From: a virus
Taxonomy: Duplodnaviria; Caudoviricetes
DNA: 32,601 nt
IMG/VR virus record: IMGVR_UViG_3300012942_000549
Location: 1 to 32,601 of that record
Direction: 5' to 3' (one strand)
In this document: one piece after another, positions 7,609 to 16,401 of the stretch
How the letters are laid out: each line of letters starts with the position of its first letter
Position numbering within the stretch: the stretch's first letter is position 1
Notes under the pieces: generated by a model
Seen by the model: only the letters and a program-made list of their open reading frames with translations
The model's database searches: none
Told to the model about the DNA's origin: nothing
Translations under genes and position numbers: made by a program

Positions 7609-8208
7609 TTAGTCGAGTTCGCTATACTTGCTGGCCATACCATCCGACATACGCTGGAACAGGCCGGCCACCGCATTGTAGAGCGACGCGAATACTCGCT
7701 GGAGGAAATCGCCCAGGAACGTCTCGATGAGCGAGAAGATCCAGAAGACCATCCACGTAGTGATTCGCGCCTTGTTATGCCTGACCATGCGGGTGTAGGT
7801 CACATCCACACCAGCACCCCTTACAGCACTCGCGAATAGATCTCGAGTCTGCTGGTCAGCTGGCATATCCTTCAAGCCTTTCTGAGCCAACCATGACTGG
7901 CGGAACTCATCATAGGCGTCGAAGATCTTGGGCAGGTAAAAGAGGCGCCATTTGATAGTGGCCCAGACGACCGCTAGGGCCAAATATCCCAGGAACCCAT
8001 AAACGATATACCAGGGGTGCGTGGTAATCACCCCTCCTAGTGAGGTCTTCGCATCGGTAAATGCGAAGATTGCCAAGGCCGAACCGATCAGGGTTACTGA
8101 TGCCATTCCAACCTTTTCATCGTTGATCTCGGCCGCGATGACCAGAGCAATAACACCGACGATGATCCAGAAGAGGATCCCGCCGAACGTGATAAAATCA
8201 TAGACCAT
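7609..8208 (-). CDS. hypothetical multi-pass membrane protein
   Basis: 3-4 hydrophobic segments; GGAGGA and TAATG overlap with cysS. Confidence 0.8.
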   Translation of the reverse strand: MVYDFITFGGILFWIIVGVIALVIAAEINDEKVGMASVTLIGSALAIFAFTDAKTSLGGVITTHPWYIVYGFLGYLALAVVWATIKWRLFYLPKIFDAYDEFRQSWLAQKGLKDMPADQQTRDLFASAVRGAGVDVTYTRMVRHNKARITTWMVFWIFSLIETFLGDFLQRVFASLYNAVAGLFQRMSDGMASKYSELD

Positions 8209-9560
8209 TAGGTCCTCCTCCATTCGGTGCCGTGAATACCATCGGCAAGCGTGATCCCCATAAGTGTAAGTTGCTGACGGATCCTATCAGCTTCAGCATA
8301 ATCCTTGTTGAGTCGTGCCATACCTCTAGCGGCGATTAGAGCCTCAACCGCTTCTTTGTCAACATCCAGAGTGCGCCATTGGTGAGGTGTATGTGAAAAC
8401 AATCCTAGCATTCTGCCACATGTGAGCAGCTGAGCCTTAGCCATAGCTCTATTGGATTCCGACCCATTCAGGTCATCCGTAAAGCTATGAAGGAGGCTTA
8501 GAGCCAAAGGCGTGTTTAGATCCCCGTAGAGGGCCTCCATGAATGCCTCATTGGGTCTTACTACCTCAGGGTAGTTAAGATCGTCGGCTGCGTACAGAGT
8601 ATCGTAGAGCCCAGATAGAGCCCTGTGTGATTGTTCCAATTTATCCCAGGTGAAATCCATGGGGCTGCGGTAGTGGCTCCGCAAGAAAAAGTATCTAACT
8701 GACTCAGCTGGATAGCGCTCAAAGAGCTCATTCAACAGGATCACGTTACCGCGACTCTTTGACATCTTTTCGCCATCAACGGTCAGGAGACCATTGTGGA
8801 GCCAATAGCGAGCCAGGGGCTTATCCAGGGCACAATGGCTCTGGGCGCACTCGGCTTCATGATGGGGAAAGCGTAGATCCTGACCACCTCCATGAATGTC
8901 GATGGTTTGCTCCTGGAACTCTTTGGCGATCATAGCCGAGCATTCAATATGCCACCCTGGCCGACCTTTACCCCAGGGCGAATTCCACCAGGGTTCGCCA
9001 GGTTTGGCTGGCTTCCAGAGCACGAAATCCCTTGGATCCTTCTTCTTAGGATCAATGGCAACTCGACCGCCTGAATCCAAATCCGTATGATTAGCCAGAC
9101 CAGGGTGGGGATTGCTAGGAACGTGAAAGAAGACCTCACTGTTCCTCACGTAGGCATGTCTGGAGACTACCAGCCGTCTGATCAAAGTGATCATAGCCTG
9201 AACCGATTCAGTAGCCTTGGGCTCAAGAGTAGGAGGCAGGCAGTTCAGAACCTGAAGATCGGCATGATAGGCCGCAAGAGCTGGTTCAGTAATCTCACTG
9301 ATCTCCATGCCTTGCTGATTAGCCGCCATGATGATCTTATCATCGATATCTGTGACATTCCTCGCATAACGAACGCTCTGATTACCATAGACATGTCGTA
9401 ATACCCGAAAGAGCTGGTCGAAGACTAGAGCTGGTCGGGCATTGCCAATATGTGCTGGCCCATAAACGGTGGGCCCACACACATACATCGTGACATTTCT
9501 GGAGTCACCCGGCGTGAATGTCTCGAGACTTCTGGTCTGGCTGTTATAGAGTTCAATCAT
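8208..9560 (-). CDS. cysS: cysteine--tRNA ligase
   Basis: MYVCGPTVY, HIGN, NVTDIDDKII, GRPGWHIECSAM, DIHGGGQDLRFPHHE, KMSKS. Confidence 0.97.
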   Translation of the reverse strand: MIELYNSQTRSLETFTPGDSRNVTMYVCGPTVYGPAHIGNARPALVFDQLFRVLRHVYGNQSVRYARNVTDIDDKIIMAANQQGMEISEITEPALAAYHADLQVLNCLPPTLEPKATESVQAMITLIRRLVVSRHAYVRNSEVFFHVPSNPHPGLANHTDLDSGGRVAIDPKKKDPRDFVLWKPAKPGEPWWNSPWGKGRPGWHIECSAMIAKEFQEQTIDIHGGGQDLRFPHHEAECAQSHCALDKPLARYWLHNGLLTVDGEKMSKSRGNVILLNELFERYPAESVRYFFLRSHYRSPMDFTWDKLEQSHRALSGLYDTLYAADDLNYPEVVRPNEAFMEALYGDLNTPLALSLLHSFTDDLNGSESNRAMAKAQLLTCGRMLGLFSHTPHQWRTLDVDKEAVEALIAARGMARLNKDYAEADRIRQQLTLMGITLADGIHGTEWRRT

Positions 9561-9599
9561 ATAGCCAACCTAAATGACATCTTCCTTCCGTCAACCACA

Positions 9600-10019
9600 T
9601 TATCGGCCACCAAAGGTTAGCTTGAAAAGAGCAGCCGTTCCTTTATCAGAAAATCGAACTCGTATCCAGGGCTTCTCATCATCAGGCAAGGGCTTATTGT
9701 GAGCCTTCATCATGTAGCCTTCGATCGAGAATCTATGGCCCACAGTCATTTTGACCTTGCCCCGTGTGACCATGGTTTCTATCCATGGCCAGATCTGCTG
9801 ATCATTGTGTATCCAGAGGTTGGATTCGAGGATTTCTTTGAGGCTTTTGGTCTGATCCGCACCGATGCTTTTGTAGGTCAGATCTCGGAGAACTACTTCA
9901 GCCCTATAGGGTCGGAACCTATCCCAGAAGCTGCCTGCCTTGTAGTAGTGGAAGAAGATGCCATGATCGAGTGGATTATCCCCTCCACCACTCCTACGAA
10001 CTTTCTGGCGGAAGATCAT
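9600..10019 (-). CDS. hypothetical protein, FKL family
   Basis: C-terminal FSDKGTAALFKLTFGGR; ATGA overlap. Confidence 0.75.
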   Translation of the reverse strand: MIFRQKVRRSGGGDNPLDHGIFFHYYKAGSFWDRFRPYRAEVVLRDLTYKSIGADQTKSLKEILESNLWIHNDQQIWPWIETMVTRGKVKMTVGHRFSIEGYMMKAHNKPLPDDEKPWIRVRFSDKGTAALFKLTFGGR

Positions 10020-10363
10020 CGACCACCCCACGTAAGTTTGGCCAACATTGCCGTCTTCTTATCGGTGAATCTAACAGTCATGTCAGAGGTGAAAACCAGG
10101 GCATCTTTATCGCTCGGTGTTGGAATTTCAACCTTGAAACGACCACGACCATGATCTTTGAACCATGCTCTCAAGGAGACTCCATTGGCCGAACCAACCA
10201 CCATATCAATGGTGCGTTTACATGGATTGGGTAACCAGATCGCGCTAGCTTCGGGTATGATAAAATCAACGGTATAGCGGCGACGTAAATGAAAGAGGTC
10301 ACGCCATTTCAGAAAGGTGATGTGAATGAAATCATGATCAATCTTCCGATAGATCCACATCAT
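10016..10363 (-). CDS. hypothetical protein, FKL family
   Basis: C-terminal FTDKKTAMLAKLTWGGR. Confidence 0.7.
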   Translation of the reverse strand: MMWIYRKIDHDFIHITFLKWRDLFHLRRRYTVDFIIPEASAIWLPNPCKRTIDMVVGSANGVSLRAWFKDHGRGRFKVEIPTPSDKDALVFTSDMTVRFTDKKTAMLAKLTWGGR

Positions 10364-11198
10364 CTCCTAGGAACTCCCTGATGGCCGCCTTACTCACACT
10401 CTGAACTACTTTGGCCAAATCGCAAGCATAAAGGCCCGCACAGGAGAATCCATTAAGCTCTACCAGTTTGGGGCCACCCTCAAGGAGCGCGACATCACAG
10501 GTATAGGCTATATCGATCTGCCATTCATGCTGGGCAACCTTGCGAGCGAGCGCTTCGCACTCTTCAGGCCAATCGCGACGGATATCCAGCTTATCATCCC
10601 AGCGATACTCTGAACCCGTGACCACTTTGCCATCTGCGATGACGAAGCGGAACTCACCTAGGATATCCTGCGTAGGTGCAACCAAGATGAGAGTATCGGG
10701 CATCACGCCACTTAATTGATCCAGTGTCTTCAGATCATCCGCAATGGTGCCAAACTTGACCAGTTGGCCCGCAAAGGTCTTGAAACCACTATCTGGGCGA
10801 ATGAATAGCTCGTTAGTATCATGGGTATAGAAGAGTGATTTGGCCCGAGTCTTAAACATAGCCCAGGTCATCATATGAGCTTCAGCATTCATGAACCAAT
10901 CCAAAGGTAGATGGCTCATATATTGAGTCGCACGGGTGCGATCATTCACACCTAGACCGCCAGGCTGAAGAAATGCTGGATCGACCTGGTTGTAGATCTT
11001 TTTGACGAATGGATGACCGCCATAGAGAACCACTGGTGTGCTGCCAGTTAATTCCAGATCCTGGAGATCCTGACCCATCTTCCAAGACACCTCTTGAACC
11101 TTGTGACCAGCTTCTGTGATCACTTGGGCCAGCGGCTTACCATGAGGAGTAAGCCGATCGAGTATCTCTTTGTGGATAATCCAGGTGGCTTGGGTCAT
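10338..11198 (-). CDS. ATP-grasp domain protein (DUF4343-like)
   Basis: LFIRPDSGFKTFAG, EFRFVIADGKVVTGSEY, AYTCDVA, LVELNGFSCAGLY. Confidence 0.8.
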   Translation of the reverse strand: MTQATWIIHKEILDRLTPHGKPLAQVITEAGHKVQEVSWKMGQDLQDLELTGSTPVVLYGGHPFVKKIYNQVDPAFLQPGGLGVNDRTRATQYMSHLPLDWFMNAEAHMMTWAMFKTRAKSLFYTHDTNELFIRPDSGFKTFAGQLVKFGTIADDLKTLDQLSGVMPDTLILVAPTQDILGEFRFVIADGKVVTGSEYRWDDKLDIRRDWPEECEALARKVAQHEWQIDIAYTCDVALLEGGPKLVELNGFSCAGLYACDLAKVVQSVSKAAIREFLGDDVDLSED

Positions 11199-11238
11199 CT
11201 AGAATCAATAGACTCAGATGACCAAAGGGTCAACCAGT

Positions 11239-11580
11239 TTATGCTGCTAGACTAGCATCCTGGTATCGCTCTTCGAAGGGTAGCCGAGTATGAACTGGCA
11301 CATCCTCTTCGATTGATTCGACCTTGAGGTTGGCCTCCGCCATCAGCGTGGCCATAATTTTGCGAATCTGTTCAGCCATGCGAATCGATTTGACATCAAG
11401 GTCAATATCTTGGTCACGCCGCACCCGATGAAGCTCTCGGGTAGCATCAGCTCTAGCTGCTTTTAAGACCATGCTCTGGAATGAATCTCGAACTACTTCA
11501 AGATCCGATGCTTCACTACCTAGGGTATCACCCACTAGGTTGGTAAAATCCATATCCATCACAATGCGAAACTTTGACAC
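11239..11580 (-). CDS. hypothetical protein
   Basis: GGGAG before GTG 11580 (MSKFRIVMD). Confidence 0.7.
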   Translation of the reverse strand: MSKFRIVMDMDFTNLVGDTLGSEASDLEVVRDSFQSMVLKAARADATRELHRVRRDQDIDLDVKSIRMAEQIRKIMATLMAEANLKVESIEEDVPVHTRLPFEERYQDASLAA

Positions 11581-11606
11581 GTTCGATCTCCCAGGGGGAC
11601 TTCTAA

Positions 11607-11720
11607 TCAGAAAGGCAAACTCGTTACACCGGTGGCTCTCCAAGCCAGAGGGTTTAGCCACTCAGAGACCGTGACCCAACCGCAACTTTCCGATCTGTGC
11701 CAATAAGCAATATGCTCCAT
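11607..11720 (-). CDS. possible 37 aa Trp-rich small ORF
   Basis: MEHIAYWHRSESCGWVTVSEWLNPLAWRATGVTSLPF fills the gap downstream of a TTGACA; no SD. Confidence 0.3.
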   Translation of the reverse strand: MEHIAYWHRSESCGWVTVSEWLNPLAWRATGVTSLPF

Positions 11721-11772
11721 AGCCAATAACCCAACTAGCAGGTTAGCATATGGTGTCAAGTAGTAAGAACCA

Positions 11773-12081
11773 CTAGTGTATGGTGCGAGATTGTAGGAAT
11801 AGCGGTAAGGCTGGTTTGTGATGTAGGAATGAAGGGCTGAGCTTATAATAGACAGCCTCTCTAGGATCTTGGAAGACCAGTCTGATGTAGGTATGTGGTC
11901 GTTCTTTGGTTATTTGAATTTCTTCGAGATTCCAAGGGCTTCGGCAATGCTTACGTAACCAGATTTCGATCAGGCTGTAGAGCATATCGACATCTGTCTG
12001 CTTGAGGTGTGTAACCTCAAGCACGATGGGGAAGCCCCTAGCTAGCACCGTCTGTTGGTTAGTGGATCTCAGAATATTCAC
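11773..12081 (-). CDS. hypothetical protein (FKL-like motif EAVYYKLS)
   Basis: Likely start at GTG 12081, which avoids overlap with the ligase; TAAATA upstream; ends in TAG. Confidence 0.6.
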   Translation of the reverse strand: MNILRSTNQQTVLARGFPIVLEVTHLKQTDVDMLYSLIEIWLRKHCRSPWNLEEIQITKERPHTYIRLVFQDPREAVYYKLSPSFLHHKPALPLFLQSRTIH

Positions 12082-12130
12082 CCCGTATTTATGGGTCGTG
12101 CTATCAAGGTAACACGACCCAAGGGGTCTG

Positions 12131-13324
12131 TCACTCCTCCGTAGGCGTATCCCTGAAGGCTGACCAGGAACTGCCTCCCCATACCCATCGGAAGGCATTT
12201 ACTTTGGTCTGTGACCCTAGATTATCACCAACCGCATTGGCCAACATGTCGTAAACGGCATCTTCACCATCCTCGATATGGTCCCAGGTCCAGAAGAGGA
12301 AGCGGGCATCTGGGCGAGTCTTCACCCGGTCTGCAAACTTCTTCTTACTACCGTTGAGGTTGTCAAAATCGGCCTGAACTTCCCAGTAGAGATCAGACGC
12401 CCTCTTCTTCAACCCAGTGAAGATTGATTTCGCGAAATCATCGGCTCGACTGACCAGATCCTCCGGTAGGAAGGGTTTGGCATCGTCGAGTTTTTCATCG
12501 AGGATAAGCCGAATCACATCCTTCTCAAAGTTGAGGTGTTCGAGAGTCTTGTGAATCAGGCAGTAGTGATCACCTTTGAGCTTCAACATGTGACCAGCGC
12601 GATTTCGCCACACATCGCCTTCACGCCCTTCTAGCGCACGAATCTCGGCTACCGCCTCTTCATCGAAGCCAGTGATCTCTGGGCCAGCCTGAACCAAAGG
12701 AATATCGTAGGTATCGGCCTCCTCTCGCATCTCGTCATATGACTTGTAGGTGCCTGTGATGTTCTCCCTAATAGCTGTCAGAACTAGCGCTTCCTCAGGG
12801 TAATCAATCACGATTCGCTGCTGGCGTGAACACCATTCGAAGATAGGCGTGAAACCCTGGTCTATCCAATACTTCGCGAACTCATGGTAGTGGATCTTAT
12901 CCCGAGTGAATTCATCAACAGGTTTAGCAACATCAGTCAAACCCATCTTGGTACACCATCGGATCTCACCATTGATAAGAAGCGGTGTGATCATCGAACC
13001 ATCAAGTTTGTCGAACTTGCGATAAGGCACTGACCAATCGACATTGGTTGGCAAGGTTTCGGGCCGTTCACCCAAGTTGAAGAACTTGTGATACTTGCGC
13101 GACAGGATCTCACCGGTGGAGGTTCTGAATGTGATCCCACGACATTCACGCAGAATCGCCGTTCGCTCATCGGTCACCGGAGGAAAGGTATCCTCGAAAT
13201 TCACCGCATAGTTGACGATCGTATAATCGTGCTCATCCGAAACACGAATCACGAATTCTTCACGACCTTCAATCGCGTCAAGAACTTGGCTCAGATGGGT
13301 GATCACTGGAAATTGGTAAGTCAT
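12131..13324 (-). CDS. RNA ligase, T4 Rnl1-like
   Basis: RECRGI, KFFNLGE, motif I KLDGS, FEW, EGDV, KLK. Confidence 0.9.
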   Translation of the reverse strand: MTYQFPVITHLSQVLDAIEGREEFVIRVSDEHDYTIVNYAVNFEDTFPPVTDERTAILRECRGITFRTSTGEILSRKYHKFFNLGERPETLPTNVDWSVPYRKFDKLDGSMITPLLINGEIRWCTKMGLTDVAKPVDEFTRDKIHYHEFAKYWIDQGFTPIFEWCSRQQRIVIDYPEEALVLTAIRENITGTYKSYDEMREEADTYDIPLVQAGPEITGFDEEAVAEIRALEGREGDVWRNRAGHMLKLKGDHYCLIHKTLEHLNFEKDVIRLILDEKLDDAKPFLPEDLVSRADDFAKSIFTGLKKRASDLYWEVQADFDNLNGSKKKFADRVKTRPDARFLFWTWDHIEDGEDAVYDMLANAVGDNLGSQTKVNAFRWVWGGSSWSAFRDTPTEE

Positions 13325-13479
13325 AGGAAGCCTCTAGGCAGAAATCGATCTGCGAAAGTGGAAGGGGCGACATTGTGTCGCTCACTTGGGCCACGCTATG
13401 AAATCAAAGGAACTGTGGGGATCAGTGATCCCTAGGAGTGTGGCCTTAGAATGCCATGACTTCCAAAACAGTGTTCCTC

Positions 13480-13512
13480 AAAAGTGGAGCCCGCCCTATA
13501 CGAGCTCCACTC
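13480..13512 (-). terminator. intrinsic terminator after clpP
   Basis: AGTGGAGCTCG/CGGGCTCCACT stem followed by TTT. Confidence 0.65.
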
Positions 13513-13519
13513 CAATATG

Positions 13520-14146
13520 TCAAACATCGGCGCGCGATGCGATGATACGATCGGCAAGACCCATATCCACGGCTTCCTGAGCCGAGAGGAAGGTGTCGAA
13601 CTTCATGGTCTCGAAGAGCTCATCATAGGCCTTACCCTTGGTGTTGTGACGCACATAAAGCTCAGTAAGACGCTGATTGACTCGACGACTCTCCTCAATG
13701 GAGCGCTTGACATCCTCGAATTCCAGATCCTGAACGTGAACCGAACCCGAGGTGCCACGAGTGCCAGAACTCACTCGATGAATCATCGTGCGTGATTCGG
13801 GCAACACAAAGCGCTTACCAGGAGCACCAGCCTGGGCCAAGAAGCTTCCCATTGAGCAGGCCTGTCCCATTACGAGCGTGGCAACATCTGGCTTGATGAA
13901 CTGCATGGTATCATAAACCGCCAATCCAGCAGTCACCGCACCACCCGGCGAGTTGATGTAGAGGTAGATATCCTTTTCGGCATCTTCAGCTTCAAGGAAC
14001 AACAGCTGGGCACAAACCAACTGTGCCATGTGATCTTCGACCTCGGCGTTGAGGAAGACGATACGCTCCTTGAGGAGTCGTGAGTAAATGTCGTAGCTGC
14101 GTTCACCACGAGCGGTCTGCTCAACGACCATTGGTACGAGTGCCAT
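13520..14146 (-). CDS. clpP: ATP-dependent Clp protease proteolytic subunit
   Basis: [47 protein letters not shown]. Confidence 0.96.
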   Translation of the reverse strand: MALVPMVVEQTARGERSYDIYSRLLKERIVFLNAEVEDHMAQLVCAQLLFLEAEDAEKDIYLYINSPGGAVTAGLAVYDTMQFIKPDVATLVMGQACSMGSFLAQAGAPGKRFVLPESRTMIHRVSSGTRGTSGSVHVQDLEFEDVKRSIEESRRVNQRLTELYVRHNTKGKAYDELFETMKFDTFLSAQEAVDMGLADRIIASRADV

Positions 14147-14208
14147 GTAGTAATTCTCCTTAGTTGCCTAGCTTGGTTACTATGGAGACCACTCTATCAT
14201 CAATATTC

Positions 14209-14520
14209 TTAGGAGCCTTCCCAGGCCTGATGACCACCACGAAGTTTGAACATCAAGGCATCGTTCTTATCCTGGAACCGAACCACCATGATATAGTCAT
14301 TGGATTTACCCTTAGGGTTCTGGTAGGTGTAGGCCTGCCATTCACCTGGCGTATTGCTGGCCATCCAATCTTTGATGGCCTCGCTGGCATCCCATCCATT
14401 AGGAATGGTGAATAAGACCCTCGTCCAAGACGGATTCATTGGCCCCTGAGATCGATTTCGAAATAGTTGGTCCCTGGGGATCTCGAAGTCGGTGAAGACT
14501 AGACTTTCTGGATAGCTCAT
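14209..14520 (-). CDS. hypothetical protein, FKL family
   Basis: FQDKNDALMFKLRGG. Confidence 0.75.
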   Translation of the reverse strand: MSYPESLVFTDFEIPRDQLFRNRSQGPMNPSWTRVLFTIPNGWDASEAIKDWMASNTPGEWQAYTYQNPKGKSNDYIMVVRFQDKNDALMFKLRGGHQAWEGS

Positions 14521-14566
14521 GCGGCTAGCATATAGAACCAGCCATACCAGAGTCTATATTGAAGGG

Positions 14567-14728
14567 TTAGAGACCAGCGCCCGCTAAGAGCTTCTTAGGG
14601 TCTAGTGAGCTATCGCGTTGTTTGGCACCCAGCACAACATGCTCTATCAGCATTCGCGTAGCCACGGGGTCAAGAGGCTCATAGTCTTTGAGGATCTTAA
14701 GCACTTTGATAAGGGTAGGCTTGTGCAT
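14567..14728 (-). CDS. small hypothetical protein
   Basis: MHKPTLIKVL..., TGATG overlap with the upstream ORF. Confidence 0.55.
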   Translation of the reverse strand: MHKPTLIKVLKILKDYEPLDPVATRMLIEHVVLGAKQRDSSLDPKKLLAGAGL

Positions 14729-14907
14729 CAGAGGAACCGATAGGTCAGGAGCATAGCCAGAATTGCTACTATGAGCCTTTGCCAATCAACTAGCGGATAG
14801 TGAATCCATCCGCTGATACATTGGGCTATTATGGCAGCTAGAATTCCAGCACCGACTATGGTCGACATTGGAGGATGCTCTGATTTTGGTTTCTCGATCT
14901 CGGTCAT
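14728..14907 (-). CDS. 59 aa two-TM membrane protein (absent from ORF track)
   Basis: GAGGTG SD; MTEIEKPKSEHPPMSTIVGAGILAAIIAQCISGWIHYPLVDWQRLIVAILAMLLTYRFL. Confidence 0.65.
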   Translation of the reverse strand: MTEIEKPKSEHPPMSTIVGAGILAAIIAQCISGWIHYPLVDWQRLIVAILAMLLTYRFL

Positions 14908-14918
14908 TTACACCTCAA

Positions 14919-14958
14919 TGATTGGCCGGAGAATGAACCTCCACTCTCCGGCCAATCA
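14919..14958 (-). terminator. stem-loop after the VWA gene
   Basis: TGATTGGCCGGAGA/TCTCCGGCCAATCA inverted repeat. Confidence 0.6.
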
Positions 14959-14976
14959 ACTCATCAGGGTTACGGA

Positions 14977-16266
14977 TTACGCCGCCTTACGCTCGTCTTC
15001 CTTGACATAGTAGGCAGTCATACCGAACGGAGCAACGATGTTGGTGTTGCCGTGAACCACGAAGAGCGTATCGCAGTAATCCTCTTCGCCCCAAGTGCCG
15101 CACGGATAACCATCCGTGAACATCACGAACTTCTTGGGCTCGATGGAATCGCCGATACCCTCGACGTCCGCAAAGCCAGAACCTGCGGGGTCACGCATGA
15201 ACTCCCAATTACACTCGAACATCGTGCCGCCACCACCGGCAGGCTCATAATCCAGGATCTCGTCGATGTTGCTCAACGTGAAGACCTTCGGGTTATAGAC
15301 CTGCGTGTCGAAGGTCCAAAGCGTGAGCTTGAACTCATCGAACGTCTCCATGATGCCCTTGGTCTCCGAGAGGAAGTCCCTGAGCATCTCGTCAGTCATC
15401 GACCCCGAGGTGTCAATGCAAACCGCAACGTCGACGGTATCCTTGAAGTTCTGACCCGGCAGGATGACCGAAGCACCACCGCCGAAGCCCCACGAGCGCT
15501 TGCTCGGGCGGGCGAACGTATAGTCATCCTTGATGCTCGACTGGATATGCATCTCGAGCAGGGTGCGCCAATCCATGACCGGGTTAGTGAACGCATCAAT
15601 GAGGCGCTTAACACCGGCGGGGACCTTACCCGCACCAACGGCCTGCGCCGCGTTGATGACAGCCGCCTTGATCTCGTTGCGGATCTTTTGCTTGTCTTCC
15701 TCGGTCAGCTTCGGCGGGCCATCGGGGCCACCCTGAACCGTAACCGTGACCGACTGGCCGCCGCCGTTACCATCGCCGTCATCGTCGCCATCCGAACCGT
15801 CGAGTTCCAGATGCTCATCCAGTGTCATCTGGAATTTGGTCTGGTTCTGCTCCAGCAGGCGATACACCTCCTCCGAGATCATCTCATCAGTATAACGATC
15901 GTCGTAAAGACCGCCCTTGGGCATGTCGCCCAGCTTCTCCTTGACGAGGGTGTAGTTGACGATGTAGTCATTGGCCATGTTCCAGAGCTTGTGCTCACGT
16001 GAGCCCTTACGGCCCAGGTGGTCATAAACGCAATGGAGCACTTCATGGCCAATAAGGAAGAGGAGCTCATCGGGCGTCAGTGACTTGATGAACTCGCGAT
16101 TGTAATAGAGCTTGCGACCATCGGTCGCTGCCGTCTTACACCACTTGGTGGCGTCAACGAGCTCCATCCGGGTTGCGAGGTTTCCGAAGAACGGCTGGTT
16201 GAATAGCAACGAAACGCGCGCTGCTACAATGGCCTGAACTACCGGATCAGACATATTAGCTGCCAT
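14977..16266 (-). CDS. metallopeptidase-like + VWA domain protein (DUF2201-like)
   Basis: TAATDG, HEVLH (HExxH), MIDAS DTSGS, GGGGT, FTDG. Confidence 0.9.
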   Translation of the reverse strand: MAANMSDPVVQAIVAARVSLLFNQPFFGNLATRMELVDATKWCKTAATDGRKLYYNREFIKSLTPDELLFLIGHEVLHCVYDHLGRKGSREHKLWNMANDYIVNYTLVKEKLGDMPKGGLYDDRYTDEMISEEVYRLLEQNQTKFQMTLDEHLELDGSDGDDDGDGNGGGQSVTVTVQGGPDGPPKLTEEDKQKIRNEIKAAVINAAQAVGAGKVPAGVKRLIDAFTNPVMDWRTLLEMHIQSSIKDDYTFARPSKRSWGFGGGASVILPGQNFKDTVDVAVCIDTSGSMTDEMLRDFLSETKGIMETFDEFKLTLWTFDTQVYNPKVFTLSNIDEILDYEPAGGGGTMFECNWEFMRDPAGSGFADVEGIGDSIEPKKFVMFTDGYPCGTWGEEDYCDTLFVVHGNTNIVAPFGMTAYYVKEDERKAA

Positions 16267-16342
16267 GAGATCCTTCCTTATTGGTTTACCTGCTCAGTAT
16301 AGCTGAGCCGTGCTATCTGTCAAGATATTAGGTGAGAGTATT

Positions 16343-16374
16343 GAAGGGGCGGCACGTTGCCGCACCGCCCCTTC
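16343..16374 (-). terminator. stem-loop after the AAA ATPase
   Basis: GAAGGGGCGG/CCGCCCCTTC inverted repeat. Confidence 0.55.
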
Positions 16375-16401
16375 CCCGTTAGGCCAACGGGTAACAGTAG
16401 A

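Noticed and set aside
8208-9560. CysRS as the enzyme charging the CUA tRNA
   Set aside because: The tRNA lacks U73 and the GCA anticodon, and CysRS looks canonical. Unlikely but not excluded.
14729-14785. ORF-track N-terminal extensions (e.g. 14785, 12198, 11661, 4143, 3851, 23060)
   Set aside because: They overlap other genes or promoters; downstream starts with an SD or stop-start overlap fit better.
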